Shown: one piece after another, positions 13,532 through 26,192 of the stretch
Layout of the letters: the number at the start of each line of letters is the position of its first letter
How positions within the stretch are numbered: the stretch's first letter is position 1
NCBI GenBank assembly: GCA_038087875.1
Contig: CM075989.1
Span: 7,628,001 to 7,692,000 of the forward strand
DNA: 64,000 bases
Direction of reading: 5' to 3'
DNA from: Malacoraja senta
Lineage: Eukaryota
Made by a program: the position numbers and the translations under genes
The notes under the pieces: model-generated
What the model saw: only the letters and a program-made list of their open reading frames with translations
What the model was told of the DNA's origin: nothing
Databases searched by the model: none

Positions 13532-14224
13532 CCCCGGGGGAACCTCGGGCAGAGGTGGCTCCTGCTCGCCAGAACTTTGCAAAGAACATTCCGACAAATC
13601 TCAAGAACCTGATTTCTTCCTGTGTGCCTTGAACGTAAAAGCCAACTTCGCGGCTGTTTCTCGTGTTCGATTTCCGGTTTGGAACCGTTGAGGTTTGGAC
13701 ACGCAAGACGTTGGTCGAGTGTCTGAAGCCCCCAGATTCGGACAACGCAGTGTGGCGTCCCGGGTGTAACGACAAACTTCTCTAATGCGACGAGAATGAT
13801 TCGCAAAGACACCGATCAAATTCTGCATCATATCAGGACCTTGCAAACGGCTCGTAGACTTGGTCTCTTCGTGTCATTCTGCGGCTCTGGTGATGCACTG
13901 GAGCCAGGGTTTGCCTTGAGGGGTTGGGTTCAGTGCCTGAGCGGGCACCCGCTGTTGGCAGAGTGGCCATGTGGCACTCCGCACCAAGCTCCCATTCAGA
14001 GCTATCGGGTGATGTGGCTGCTTCTCCGGCCCCCCCACCCCCCCCATCCTCCCCAGATGGGAACCCGAGGTCAGGCCCGATGTGGAGATGGGCCCGGCGT
14101 TTACCAAATCCGCACCTTGTCGGGGCTCCATTTTTCTAAAATGTTTCTTGACTTTGTGAAACTCAGAGTCCGGAATGCCTAAGAGCACTGAGATACCTTG
14201 AGGACATTTTGATTGTCAAGAGGA

Positions 14225-14296
14225 AATAAATCATAAATATATTCTTTAAAGATTGACGACCCTAGGGTCATTATATCAGAATTTATTACAAATAAA
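14225..14296 (+). terminator. Candidate NADK polyadenylation signals (AATAAA at 14225 and 14291)
   Basis: Two AATAAA hexamers in an AT-rich patch about 0.7 kb after the stop codon; no transcript data. Confidence 0.5.
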
Positions 14297-16564
14297 TCTA
14301 AATTAGCTGAAATTTGAGATTAAAAGAACATTCCTTTAACCCCAGTGAAAGGAAATTCTGCTTCCTTGCGCTGTCCCAGCTTGCAGTGGCTGCCCACAGG
14401 TTTATTGATGAAACGACCTGGAGTTCCAGCTTCAGGCACGGCCTGTGTCCTCACACACCCCCCCCCCTCCCCAACTCTGAATGTAGCGATTGATGAGCTT
14501 CCCATGGATCGAGGTCCCTCATTAAACCAGAGCCAAAGTTGTTAGATTATCCAGAGTGCGGTGGCTGTGCTAGACCCTGACCTGACATTTCCAGCCGCAG
14601 CCTCAGTGAGTGCAGTTAGTGAACGAGAGGTTCAAGGAAAACATGGCTCTTGGTCGGTGTCTTGTTGCACCTGGTACCCAGACAGGTAATGGAAGGAGGA
14701 GAGTCTGGCCCTCAGTATCTCTCTGCTCTGCTAGCGTTTAGTGTGTTGGTCACACTTGGTGCTAGTCACTGAGAGAATTAATCCAGGCTGGTTCTCACTG
14801 TTGTGCTTGTCACAGCTTGATCGCCAGCCGTGAGACAGCCCAACCTTTGTCAGGTGAAGGTTAATCTGACAGCAGTGGATGGGGTAGTGCAGGGTCTACA
14901 TGCCTTCCTCCTGCAGTCATTACTGATGTGGTCACAGCTGGGATTCATTCTGACCTTCGCGAGAGGCGACACTTCCCAGTGTGTCAAGCATTTTCCCGTC
15001 GGTGCCCAGGGTGTTACAGGGCGGCACGGTGGCGCAGCGGTAGAGTTGCTGCCTTACAGCGCCAGAGGCCCAGGTTCGATCCTGACTACGGGTGCTGTCT
15101 GTGTGGAGTTTGCATGTTCTCCCTGTGGGTTTTCTCCGGGTGCTGCGTTTTCCTCCCACATTCCAAAGACGTGCAGGTTTGCAGGTTAATTGGATTCTGT
15201 AAAATTGTTTTTATCTTTGTTTTGTGTTTTCAGTGGTTTCCCGTGCTAGTCCTCAGCATTACGGCCAACCAGTATTCACCCATTTCCAGGCAGCCCACTG
15301 ATCCTCCCGTAAAATGGAGTAACAAGGGACTGCAAATTTTGGTTTATAGAAGAAAAGAAACAAAGTGCTGGTTAACTCAGCGGGTCAGCGAGCATCTCTG
15401 GAGAACATGGATCGGTGATGTTTTGGGTTGGGACCCTTCTGATCAGTCTGAAGAAGGGTCCCAACCCAAAGCATCATCTATCCATGTTCTCCATTGTGAA
15501 ATCTTATGATATGCTTATTTTGAAGATGTTCTTCTCCTTCTCGTCCCTCTGATGAGAGTTCTGTGAGACCCTCTCTCGCTGCTCCCCCTGTGTGACTCCT
15601 GCTACAATCTGGCTTTATGCCCCTGTTCTGACCCAGACTCTACCACAGCCACGTGTGTCCCCTCAGCACTTTCCTGCACCACTACCTTCCTCCACGTGGC
15701 TTTCAGCTCCAGCTCCAGCTCCAGCTCCAGGCCTCCCAGTTCGTGCCCAACCAGGAGTTCAGGTACCTACATTCCATCAATTGTTTTTCAGTACAGTTCT
15801 CCTCCCGTGCCCTGGGTTCCCCGCACTCACCGTCAACACCAGCAGGTCCTTGCTCTGCCTCTCCCGTAAATCCAGACCTCTCTCACCCAGACCCCGACTT
15901 TACTTTATTCTCAAGGTAGACACAAAAGGCTGGACTAACTCAGCGGGACAGGCAGCATCTCTGGAGAGAACGAATGGGTGATGTTTCGGGTCGACACCCT
16001 TCTTCACACTTTATTCTCCTCTGGGTCAACACCTTCAATCACCATTTCCCCACTCACCCGACCATCAATCTGACGAAGGGCCCCGACCCAAAACGTCACC
16101 AGTCCACGTTCTCCAAGAGATGCTGCTCGACCCGCTGAGTTACTCCAGCACTTTGTGTTTTTTTCATTTCTCCCATTATATGTCCCCATCCTCTGTTCCG
16201 GAGGTTTGGCTGGAAACACTGCTCTTCACAAGGGCTAAGCTGCTGATCGTGTTCAACCAGGGCGCGTTAGTTGAGTGCGAGTTTAGTTTATTGTCACGTG
16301 TACCGAGGTACAGTGAAAAGCTTTTGTTCCGTGCTAACCAGTCAGCGGAAAGACAATACATGATTACAATCGAGTCATCCACAGTGTGCAGATACGTGAT
16401 GAAGGGAATAATGTGAAAAGCATTCAGTGCAAGATAAATGTTGCTGTTGGAGGAGAGATTTAAATGAGTGGAGCGATTGTAATGCGTGATTGCAGATCCA
16501 CCTCTGTGACTCGCACACACTGAGTCGTCAGGTTGGGCGCCATCTTGGGCCAGGAAGGTGTTAA

Positions 16565-16946
16565 GGGCCTGTCCCACGGGCATGCGACTACATGCGGCAA
16601 GCGGGACCAAACTGGAAGCGGGGGCTGAGTGAGTGACGCGGGAAGTTTGTGCATGACGTATGGCGTCAAGACGCTGCGTACGGCGTCGAGACGCTGCGTA
16701 CGGCGTTGAGGCGGTGCGTACGGCGTCGAGGCGGTGCATACCGCGTCGAGGCGGCTTCGAGCCGGCAGGCCGTTGCCGCACGGAATTTTTGAACACGGTC
16801 AGTTTTTCGGAGCCCGGGACCAGCTCCGCACAACTCCATATGGCTCCGGCGATCGAAGTGGGACCGGCCCCGCGAGGCCGTACGGCTCAAGCGACCACGT
16901 TAGGTCGCGCTTGCCGCATGGAATCGCATGCCCGTGGGACAGGCCC
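16565..16946. mobile_element. 382-bp MITE with long terminal inverted repeats, flanked by TTAA
   Basis: 23-bp perfect TIR GGGCCTGTCCCACGGGCATGCGA extending imperfectly to about 45 bp; TTAA at 16561-16564 and 16947-16950. Confidence 0.9.
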
Positions 16947-19761
16947 TTAACTGGCACAATAGGTGTAACTCATGCAGTAGTTGTCGACTCGAAACGTCGC
17001 CAATTCCTTCGCTCCAAAGATGCTGCCTCACCCGCTGAGTTTCTCCAGCATTTTGTGTCTACCTTCGATTTTACCAACATCTGCAGTGCATTCTTAAACC
17101 TGAAACAATCCGATACCTTCCACACACTGTGTAGGAAAGAACTGCAGATGCTGGTTCAAATCGAAGGTAGACGCAAAATGCTGGAGTAACTCAGCGGGAC
17201 AGGCAGCATCTCTGGAGAGAAGGGAGCAGGGTCTCGATCCGAAATGTCACCCATTCCTTGAGTCTGCCTTCCACACACTATCCAACGACCAAGACCCAAG
17301 GCTGCCGAGCAATGATACATGATAAAGGGAATAACATGAATAAGGTTAGCTGTGCTCACAGAGGACAAGGACATTCCACATTGAGTTTACATTTAGCAGC
17401 CACCCTATCCAAGGTGCCTGGGATCAAAACAACTATTTTTGAAGGCTGAATCCAATTCAGTAAAACGTCCTGCACCAGCATATCGGTGTAATCTAGTATA
17501 AAATGGCAGCTTTTCCTTTATGCTGAGCGTAAGCAGACTGGGAAGTGTTGGACAGTTCACACACCATTCCCCCTTTACCTAGTCTCCACTGTATGGGCTT
17601 TCTAAGGGGTTGGGTGGGGGGGGGGGGGCAGGAGCCTGGCTTTGTGGGTCTTTTCTTCCTTTCTGCAGGTCCTGCTTGGGCTCAGAGTTTGGTCTTTGCA
17701 AACGGCAGGGAACGGGCTGAGGTTGGGGGACGTGGCGAGTGGTAGGAGGTGTGTCCTCCATGATCTCAGCCTCTCTCCCAGGTAACCCGATGCACTTTAG
17801 TAAAGAGTTTGATCAGACATTGCACCTTTTTACGAAGAATCGTCCACGGGCATTGGGATTCTTTGTGTTGAGTACGAGCTTGGGATTTGTTACTCTTTCC
17901 ACCGAGCGCCGAGATACATGTAGAGGGACAATCGACTCCGTGAGTGAACTCTGGAGGCTGAGACCTGTCCACATTCCCAGTCAGGGCTCGTCCCAGGCAC
18001 AAACCATTGCTACTGATTTTCTTTACTCTTCAGACTTTGCCCATCACTGCTCGTTCTTTGCAACTCAAATACAACCCTCGACAGCATTGCTCACTTTCGC
18101 AGATTCCTGATCACAATGTCGTCTGATGTGGGGTCCAGGAGCTCTCAGAATGTATGTTGCGATGACTGACTCCATGTTCTGTTTGGGGCAGGGTTACACA
18201 GAGTTTATTTAATGCACGAGTGATGGAGGGGGAGGGGGAAGTGTGCCGGGACAAACTGAGGCACATTTGGGGTCCATTTTGAGCTCAGACTGCATGGTTT
18301 CTGCTTTGGCTCTGCCTTCAATCATTTGGCACAGCATGATTTCTCATCACACTGCCTTTTGCATCTCTGCCTAGCTTGGTGTGGTCTCTCCAGCCCAAGT
18401 GTTGTGGTGTGTGCTGGTGGTTCTTAGCTGGGAGCTCTTGATTCCTGCTGTGTTTCAGGGTCAGGGAGGGATTGAATGTAAACTTCCCTGCGCCTGGAGT
18501 TTCCAGCTGAACATATCGTATGGCAGTGAAGTTAAAGCAGCCTCCCGGGTTACCACCTTGAAATGGAACCTTCTCAATTATCTTGACTTCCAAAAGTTTG
18601 CTGGTTGAATCATCATTAATCTTGCGCTGTCGAGTATTAATATATCAAGAAGTGGTGTATATCACTGGTGGATCTTTGTTGCCTTGGGTGGAATGCTGAT
18701 GTCAAGTCTCTATATAAATCTGCAGCATAACATGGTGAATTGAGATGGGGATTCTTTTTTCATTCAGCGATCCAATTTGTGTCCTCAAATTAACCTAAAG
18801 GATAAAGTTGCCAGAAAGTTTCAAATAAGAAACAATTCTGTGGAAACTGAGCATTATTTACCGCCTGCATTTGACCTCTTGTAAATTACTGCAATTTTTT
18901 AATATAAATTTTTAATCAGTGACTTATTTTCTGACTGCTCCTATCCCATATATCGGAATATTTACCCAATGCAAGTGGGGATATGGTTAAAATAGTGCAG
19001 AATTTAGATTTAAGCCAACTGCCTCTTGTAAATAAGTTTAATCTGTGCAATTTTATCACAACTAAGTTTCTAGTTAAATGTAAATAATGTTGGATTCCTG
19101 TCATATGCAATTGTGATACATAAATGTCTTTTAATCTTCTGTATCAGCCTCTGTCTCGTTTGGTTTGAGTTTTACGGATTGTATCCTATTTATTGGTATG
19201 TGAGTTCTTGAAGATGCCCAGTGTTTCTGAAGTTGCTTTAAGATTTTTACTCTGTTTTGGGAATTTCTTTCTAACTATGAAATTAATAACAATCGAGGGG
19301 AGCATTAACAAAGTTTAGTCATTCACTGGGTATTTGCTTCTGATTTTCAACTGGGATCATGTTTTATGTTTTGAGACCATGTTTGTTGGAAAATTGTTAT
19401 ATGTAGGACACTATTTTTCAAATCTTTTACTAAATAAATTAACCAGTGTTTTATAGACTGATGCTTCTGAAGTTTTGTACTTTCTCCATACTGAGTACGT
19501 GCGTACAAAGGTGTGGGTTGGTTTGGGCTGTGGTGACGTTCTTCCAGTGGAAGGTTCGGGGGTTAAGTTTTGTTCCAGAGACACCCCGAGAGTCCATCTT
19601 GATACTCCAGTGCAAAGTATGTGCAGCCCTCTCACGGATGCTGCCCGATAGTGAGATGTTCAACCAAGGCTTAACCATGTGGATGTAAAACATCTTCTGG
19701 TATTGTATCAACTAAGGGCAGGGCAATGTAGGAAAGAACTGCAGATGCTGGTTTACACTGA

Positions 19762-19950
19762 AGATAGACACAAAATGCTGGAGTAACTCAGTGGGACAGG
19801 CAGCATCTCTGGAGAGAAGGAATGGGTGACATTTCGGGTCGAGACCCATCTTCAGACTGAACAAGGGTCTCGACCCAAAACGTAACCCATCCCTTCTCTC
19901 CAGAGATGCTGCCTGTCCCGCTGAGTTACTCCAGCACTTTGTGTCTATCT
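19762..19950. repeat. Palindromic (fold-back) Penelope-derived short repeat, representing about two dozen full or half copies
   Basis: About 94-nt arms inverted about position 19856. Confidence 0.85.
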
Positions 19951-20769
19951 AAGGGCAGGGCAGGTTGCCCAGTGTCCTGGGCAAGATTTGTCTCTAGCTC
20001 ACAGACAAAGAACACGCCTTGTCTTGGACATTATGAAGCAGTCTTGATAAAGAAGATGTGCGGAATAACAAAGGAATACGAGTAGGAATAAGGAGAAGCT
20101 CTTTGACATATGTGTGTTACATATCCATATGTGTGGATTCCTCTGGAGTTGCCACTCGGCATACAAAGATATCCTGCAGTCATCTTGTAATAATAAGGAA
20201 CTGCAAACAGACACAAAGTGTTGGAGCAACTCAGCGGGTCAGGCAGCATCTATAAAAAAAAAGGAGTAGGTGATGTTTTGTCTAAAGAATGGTTCTGACC
20301 TGAAACGTCACCTATTCCTTTTCTCTAGAGATGCTGCCTGACCTGCTGAGTTACTCCAGCATTTTGTGTCTATCTTCAGTATAAACCAATATCTGAAATT
20401 CCTTTCTACACAAGTAACTGCAGATGCTGGTTTATACCGAAGATAGACACAAAATGCTGGAGTAACTCAGCGGGTCAGGCAGTCCTTGGAGAACATGGAT
20501 AGACTGAAGAAGGGTTCCAAACCGAAATGTCACCCTTTCCATATTCTGTAGGAATGATGCCTGACCCCCATAAGTTACCCCAGCATTTTGTGGCCATCCT
20601 GCAGTCACCTATCTGGTTTTCTGGGCATAAATTTTAATTCCGGTTGGTTTCAGTATTTGCAAGTGAATGCAAGAGCATGTGGATAGGGAGGGGAGGGTGG
20701 ACTTGGGAAACACAAGTTCTTCACTCACAATGATTGCTCCTCTTGCCCTCCATGGGAGCTGGTGCCTGA

Positions 20770-21570
20770 GTGATCGAGATCCTATCATTTGAAGGCACTG
20801 GACCTGTACTTGCTGGAGTTTAGAAGGATGAGGTGGAGGATGGGGGGTCATTGAGACTTATCAAATAGTGAAAGTCTGGATAGAGTGGATGTGGAGGGGA
20901 TGTTTCCAACAGTGGGCAACAACGATCTGAGGGCACAGCATCAGAATGAAAGAAAGTACCTTTAGAAAGGAGATGAGGTGGAATTTGTTTAGTCGAAGGA
21001 TGTTGCATCTGTGGGATTTATTGCCATTGATGGCTGTGGAGGCCAAATCATTGAGTATCTTTAAAGTGGAGATTGACAGATTCTTGATTAGTAAGGGTGT
21101 CAAAGGTTATGGGGAGAAGGCTGGAGAATGGGGTTGAGAGGGAACGATCTGCCATGATTATTGAATGGTGGAGTAGACTCGATGGGACCAATGACCTGAT
21201 TCTGCTCTTTGACATGAACTCCCCTGAACCCCCTCAGACACAACAGGATATTTCCACTGGTGGGAGAGTCTAGGAATAGAGGTCATAGCCTCAGAATTAA
21301 AGGACGTTCATTTAGGAAGGAGATGAGGAGAAATTTCTTTAGTCAGAGGGTGGTGAATCTGTGGAATTCTTTGCCACAGAAGGCTGTGGAGGCCGTCAGT
21401 GGATACTTTTAAGACGGAGATAGATAGATTCATGATTAGTACAGGTGTCAGAGGTTATGGGGAGAAGGCAGGAGAATGGGGGTTGGAGGGAGAGATAGAT
21501 CAGCCATGATTGGATGGCGGAGTAGACTTGATGGGCCAAATGGCCTAATTCTACTATCCCTATTGACCTA
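20770..21570 (+). mobile_element. Two tandem CR1 LINE 3'-end fragments (similar fragments at 1345-1682 and 39420-39977)
   Basis: Shared CR1 3' sequence (agggtggtgaatctgtggaatt...ggggagaaggcaggagaatgggg...cagccatgat). Confidence 0.85.
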
Positions 21571-23370
21571 ACCCATTCCACTGAGTTACAACACTCAGCT
21601 GGTCTGGCAAAGCATTTGAAGGAAGAAACAGGACTGAAGGTCCTAAACCCGAGATGTTATCTGCTTAGTGCCCCACAGATGTGCCTGACCGGCAGAGTGG
21701 GTGCGGTGCTCAACGATGTCTGGAGAGATGGTTTAAGGGCGTTTCTATTTGACAAGCTCTTGGTCACTCTCCTGACGTGAAATGTGAATGGGAGTAATGC
21801 TCCTATGAACCTGCTTTGTCCATTATGTCCACGTGAGTTACTGTGGAAATCCACACAATTGCTGTTTCATTGACTGACTGCTCTCTTCTGTATCCATTTC
21901 AATATCATGATGTTACCTGGGGCAGTAGATGTTATTCCGTTCAACATGATCTTTCCAAAGTGATTTTATTTATAAAATGGGCATGATACAGTTAGTTACA
22001 CATTGTCCAATTTTCTAACAAGATACGGTAAAACGTGTAATGCAACATCCGATAGGTCTAGTATCTGGGTCACTGGTCTTGGATTGTGAACCTGGATCCA
22101 GGTTAGGTGTGGGGAGGGTGGTGGAGGAGGGGACAAGGGGGAGAGTTTGAGTTTAGTTTATTGTCGCACGTACCGAGGTACAGTGAAAAGCTTTTGTGGC
22201 GTGCTAACCAGTCAGCAGAAAGGCTATACATGATTATAATCGAGACATGCACAGTGTAGAGAGGCATGATAAAAGGAATAACGTGAATAACGTTTTAGTG
22301 CAAGATAAAGCCAATGAGGTAGATAGTAGTTCAGCACTGCTCACTATTGTTGGTAGGATGGTTCAGTTGCCTGATAACAGCTGGGAAGAAACTGTCCCTG
22401 AACCTAGAGGTGTGCGTTTTCACACTTCTATACCGTTTGCCCGATGTGGAGGCCAAGTCCAATGGATATTTTTAAGGCAGAGTTTGACAGATTCTTGATT
22501 AGTACGGGTGTCAGGGATTATGAGGAAGGAGGCATAGAATGGGGTTGTGAAGGAGAGATAGATCAGCCATGATTGAATGGCGGAGTAGACTTTATGGGCC
22601 GAATGGCCTGATTCTGCTCCTTGAGTTGAGAACAGGTTGAGGGAATGGGCAGATGCAGCACGATGGGAACGAAGGTAACTTTTCCAGGAAGCCAGCTTCC
22701 CATTCTAACGGGAATTGACTGGGAAAGGGAGAAGGGCACAAGATCAGTCAATGAGGCAGTCTGGAGGCACGGTAGGGGGGGGGGGGTGAAGGTGAATGGT
22801 ATACTGGCCTTTATAGAGTGGATTTGTAGTTGTACAGCCTTCTGCTGAGACCGTACCTCCCACTGCCCCACTCTCAGACGTCACTGGCCATCCCACCCCA
22901 CCCCCAACCAGATATCTGGACACTGCATTGTGCAGCAAGGAAGTCGAGGACGGAGATGCAATAGAGACATTTCCGGTTGGGACCCTTCCTCAGCATGTGA
23001 CGTCTCTGCAAGGTATGGCCACTCTGGTGAGTATTTATTCCGTACAACCTATAATTCACAGGAATTGTTGAGTTTGTGACCTGGAATGTCAACCTGGTTC
23101 CTCGTTCCATCGTTTGACCTGGCCCATGTCAGTGGCCACTGCTGATTTATTCCAATTCAAACTGCATCAACAATCAGAAGTTGCCACTCCTAGGAAGCAT
23201 CATTGCGCAAGACAGTGGGAGTCAAAGCCAGGAAAATATCGACCTGCCCGTTCGTACAAAGCACACCTTCCGTAATAGCCCAGTTATCACAATTAACCAC
23301 AGTGAGATTATTTAAAAGTCTAAGTTCCAAATATTATTTTAGAAAGATTAGAGATATAAAAATAAATGAC

Positions 23371-23616
23371 TCAGCACTCTGAGTGATCGCTGTATAAAAC
23401 CGACCGCTGACGTGGATGTTTAGTCCTCTTGGAGCTGTGACATTGCAGGTGGGTGCTGTGCTCTCCTGTCTGGTCCTGCTGCTCCACACTGGTACATAGC
23501 CCACAGCCCACAGCTCTTCCTGTCGCACCCAGGTCCTGGTGCAGATCTGATACATTTCGCAAGGCATGGAACGGATGTGCAGGCAAGGTTGCATCCTTGG
23601 GAAACGAGTCAGGAAC
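23371..23616 (-). other. Putative terminal exon of the membrane protein gene (3' UTR, or an in-frame extension)
   Basis: Strong ttttctctcgccag acceptor at 23617-23618 followed by non-repetitive sequence; 3' end not determinable. Confidence 0.45.
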
Positions 23617-24989
23617 CTGGCGAGAGAAAATACCTTTCAGAATTGTTGCCTCACAGCGCCAGAGACCCGGTTCGATCCTGACTATGGGTGCTGTCTGTAC
23701 GGAGTTTGCATGTTCTGCCTGTGACCGTGTGGATTATCTCCGGGTGCTCTGGTTTCCTCACACATTACAAAGATGTGTGGGTTAATTGGCTTCTGTAAAT
23801 TGTCCCGAGAGTGTAGCTTCTGTAAATTGTCCCTACCTTTCAGCGTTCGCCCATTTTGATGACGCCTCAGACTTCCCTTTTGCTCCATTTTATGTTCCTC
23901 CTCCTGAGGAACCCTGCACGTCACCAGTCCCGAGAACAAACTCCTCTGCTTAGTTTAGAGGTACAGTGTGGAAACAGGCCCTTCAGCCCAGAGCTCATGC
24001 TGACCAACGATCGCTCATACACTAGTCCTTTCTATTTACAGAAGCAATTAACCTATAAACCCACACATCTTTGTAATAATGTGAGAGAAATCCATGCGGT
24101 CACAGGGAGAACATGCAAACTCCGTTAAGGCAGCACCTTTAGTCGGGATCGAACCTGGGTCTCTGGCGCTGTAAGGCAGCAACTCTACTGCTCTGCCACA
24201 GTTCCGTCCTCTCGAGGAATTCAGCGGGTCAGGCAGCAACTGGGGAGGGAATGGGCAGGCGATATTTTGGTCGGCACCCTTCTTCAGGCTGATGGAAAGG
24301 GGTGGAAGCTGAAAAGAGGTGGGGGTGAGACAAGACCTGGTTAGGCGGATAGAGGTAGGGGAGTCTTGACTTGCAGACGGGTGAAGTAAATGACTAAAGT
24401 TAGCGGTGAAAGGGAAACAAGAGGGTGTCAGATGAGAAGAGAAGCGGCGTAAAGCCATTGAGAGGGATATGAGTGGAAGGGGACAGAGGGGAGGGAAAAG
24501 GGGGAGGATAAAAGAGAAGGGGCAACTCTCCAATCCAGGCAACATCCTGGTGAACCTCTGATTGAAACCTTCTCAAAGCCTCATCATCCTTCCTGTAGTG
24601 TGGCGAATGCCAACAACACATGTGGCCCAACCAAAGTATTGTACAGCTGCAACATCACTTCCTCCCCTTTATACTCAATACCCCGACCGATGAAAGCAAG
24701 TAATCCCCAACACCTTCTTTACCACCCTCTCCACTTACATGCCATTTCCAGGAAGCGATGGATATCAATGTCCTGTGGGGTCTTGTCCAGTACTCTTCCT
24801 GATGAAGGCCAATGTAACAAAAGCCTTCTTGAGCACCCTATCTACCTGTGATGCCACTTTCAAGGAACTATGTACCTGCACTCCAATATACCTGACCATG
24901 TGCTGACACTTGGAAACAGAGTTTCACCAGTAAAGATGAGGGAAATCATGAGAGAGGAGGAAGAGCCTTACCTTTGGAGAAGTCTCGGC

Positions 24990-25018
24990 CTAGGGACGTG
25001 TGCCAGGCACAGCGAACA
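24990..25018 (-). CDS. Membrane protein coding exon 8 (MFAVPGTRP*); the exon continues to a donor at 24972
   Basis: Long polypyrimidine tract plus cccag acceptor; phase 1 completes ATG to give ...GLHERMF; TAG at 24990-24992; GTAAGG donor 18 nt later. Confidence 0.7.
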
Positions 25019-26044
25019 CTGGGAAAGACGGGGGGAACAAGGTAAGTGTTAATGAGAGTGGGGTTCAAGACCAAATGGACCAACCTGTGAAATTAACCTG
25101 TGGACTGGGCTACAACATGCTAAAGTCAGCAGGTATCGGCTGTGGTTCAAAGGGCAGCAATCACACCTGGGAAGTTGGGGATTCGGGTCTCAATATTGGG
25201 TCCTGAGCACAAATCTAAGTAGTTGCTCCAATGGCAGATGGCAGGAATGTTGTAGTGTAGTGGTGGGTTCATTGCGCTGTGGGAGGAGGGGACGGGGGGG
25301 GTTGCATTGTCATGGTGAGCTGGACTGAGGGGCGGGGGGGGGAGGGGTGCAAGGAGTGGAGGGTGTTGCACCTCTAAGAAGTGCCTTTAGGCTTCTGCCT
25401 ATCTCTCTGGCATATGCACAATCCCCCAGATTTATTTTAAATGTAATAATTAAACATGCGTGTGGCAGCTGATTGCGCAGGCTTTGGCTGCTTGTTTCCT
25501 GCATTCTAATATGACTGCACAGGCCGGGGACACACTAGAAGCTGGAGGAAGTTGTGTGCAGACTAAGCCAGTGTATGAAGTTGTCACTGGGGGCATTCCT
25601 TCGTGATCAATACAAGATAACAAAGGATGGGATTGGCAGCAATTGAGCCTCACACCCCACGGCACAGCTGGTTACTGCAGGAATTCAACCTCGCTGGGAG
25701 GATTCCTGAGCAAAGGCACCACCTTAATGTAAAGACACATTCATCCCGGGGTGCACAACTGTGAGAGACAATCCCAACTCAACCCGGTGTCTGGGCAAGG
25801 TGAATGGGCCTGGACATGAGATAGGGCAGGAGGATGGGGCTGATGTGGGTTAGGGCAGGTATTTGCACTACCACACCTCATCTCCCCATTCCTCACCCAT
25901 CCCTCACTCTCACCCCCTACACCACCCCTCATGCCCCCATCCCTTATGCCCCCCATCCCTCACCCCTCACACCGCTCATCCCTCACGCCCCACCACCCCC
26001 TCACCCCTCATGTCCCTCCACATCAACACCTGATGCCCACTTAC

Positions 26045-26192
26045 TTCTCTCGTGGAGACCCTGACCAAAGCAGTGGGAGACCCTGACCATGGAGACCAAC
26101 AGGCCAACCTTGATGGTGAGAGAGATCAGGATGCCCGTTACTGCGCCTGCTTCAAGAACGTAGGTTCCTTCATATATCCACACTCTGCTAAT
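26045..26192 (-). CDS. Second copy of membrane protein exon 7, left of the gap (probable assembly overlap; only one copy likely real)
   Basis: Same translation as 30738-30885, inside a 1.3-kb duplicated block. Confidence 0.7.

Noticed and set aside
15019..15090. tRNA-like sequence with A and B boxes
   Set aside because: Head of a multi-copy V-SINE, not a tRNA gene.
16657..16755. Regular 20-bp repeats superficially like a CRISPR array or iterons
   Set aside because: No unique spacers, eukaryotic context, and internal to a MITE.
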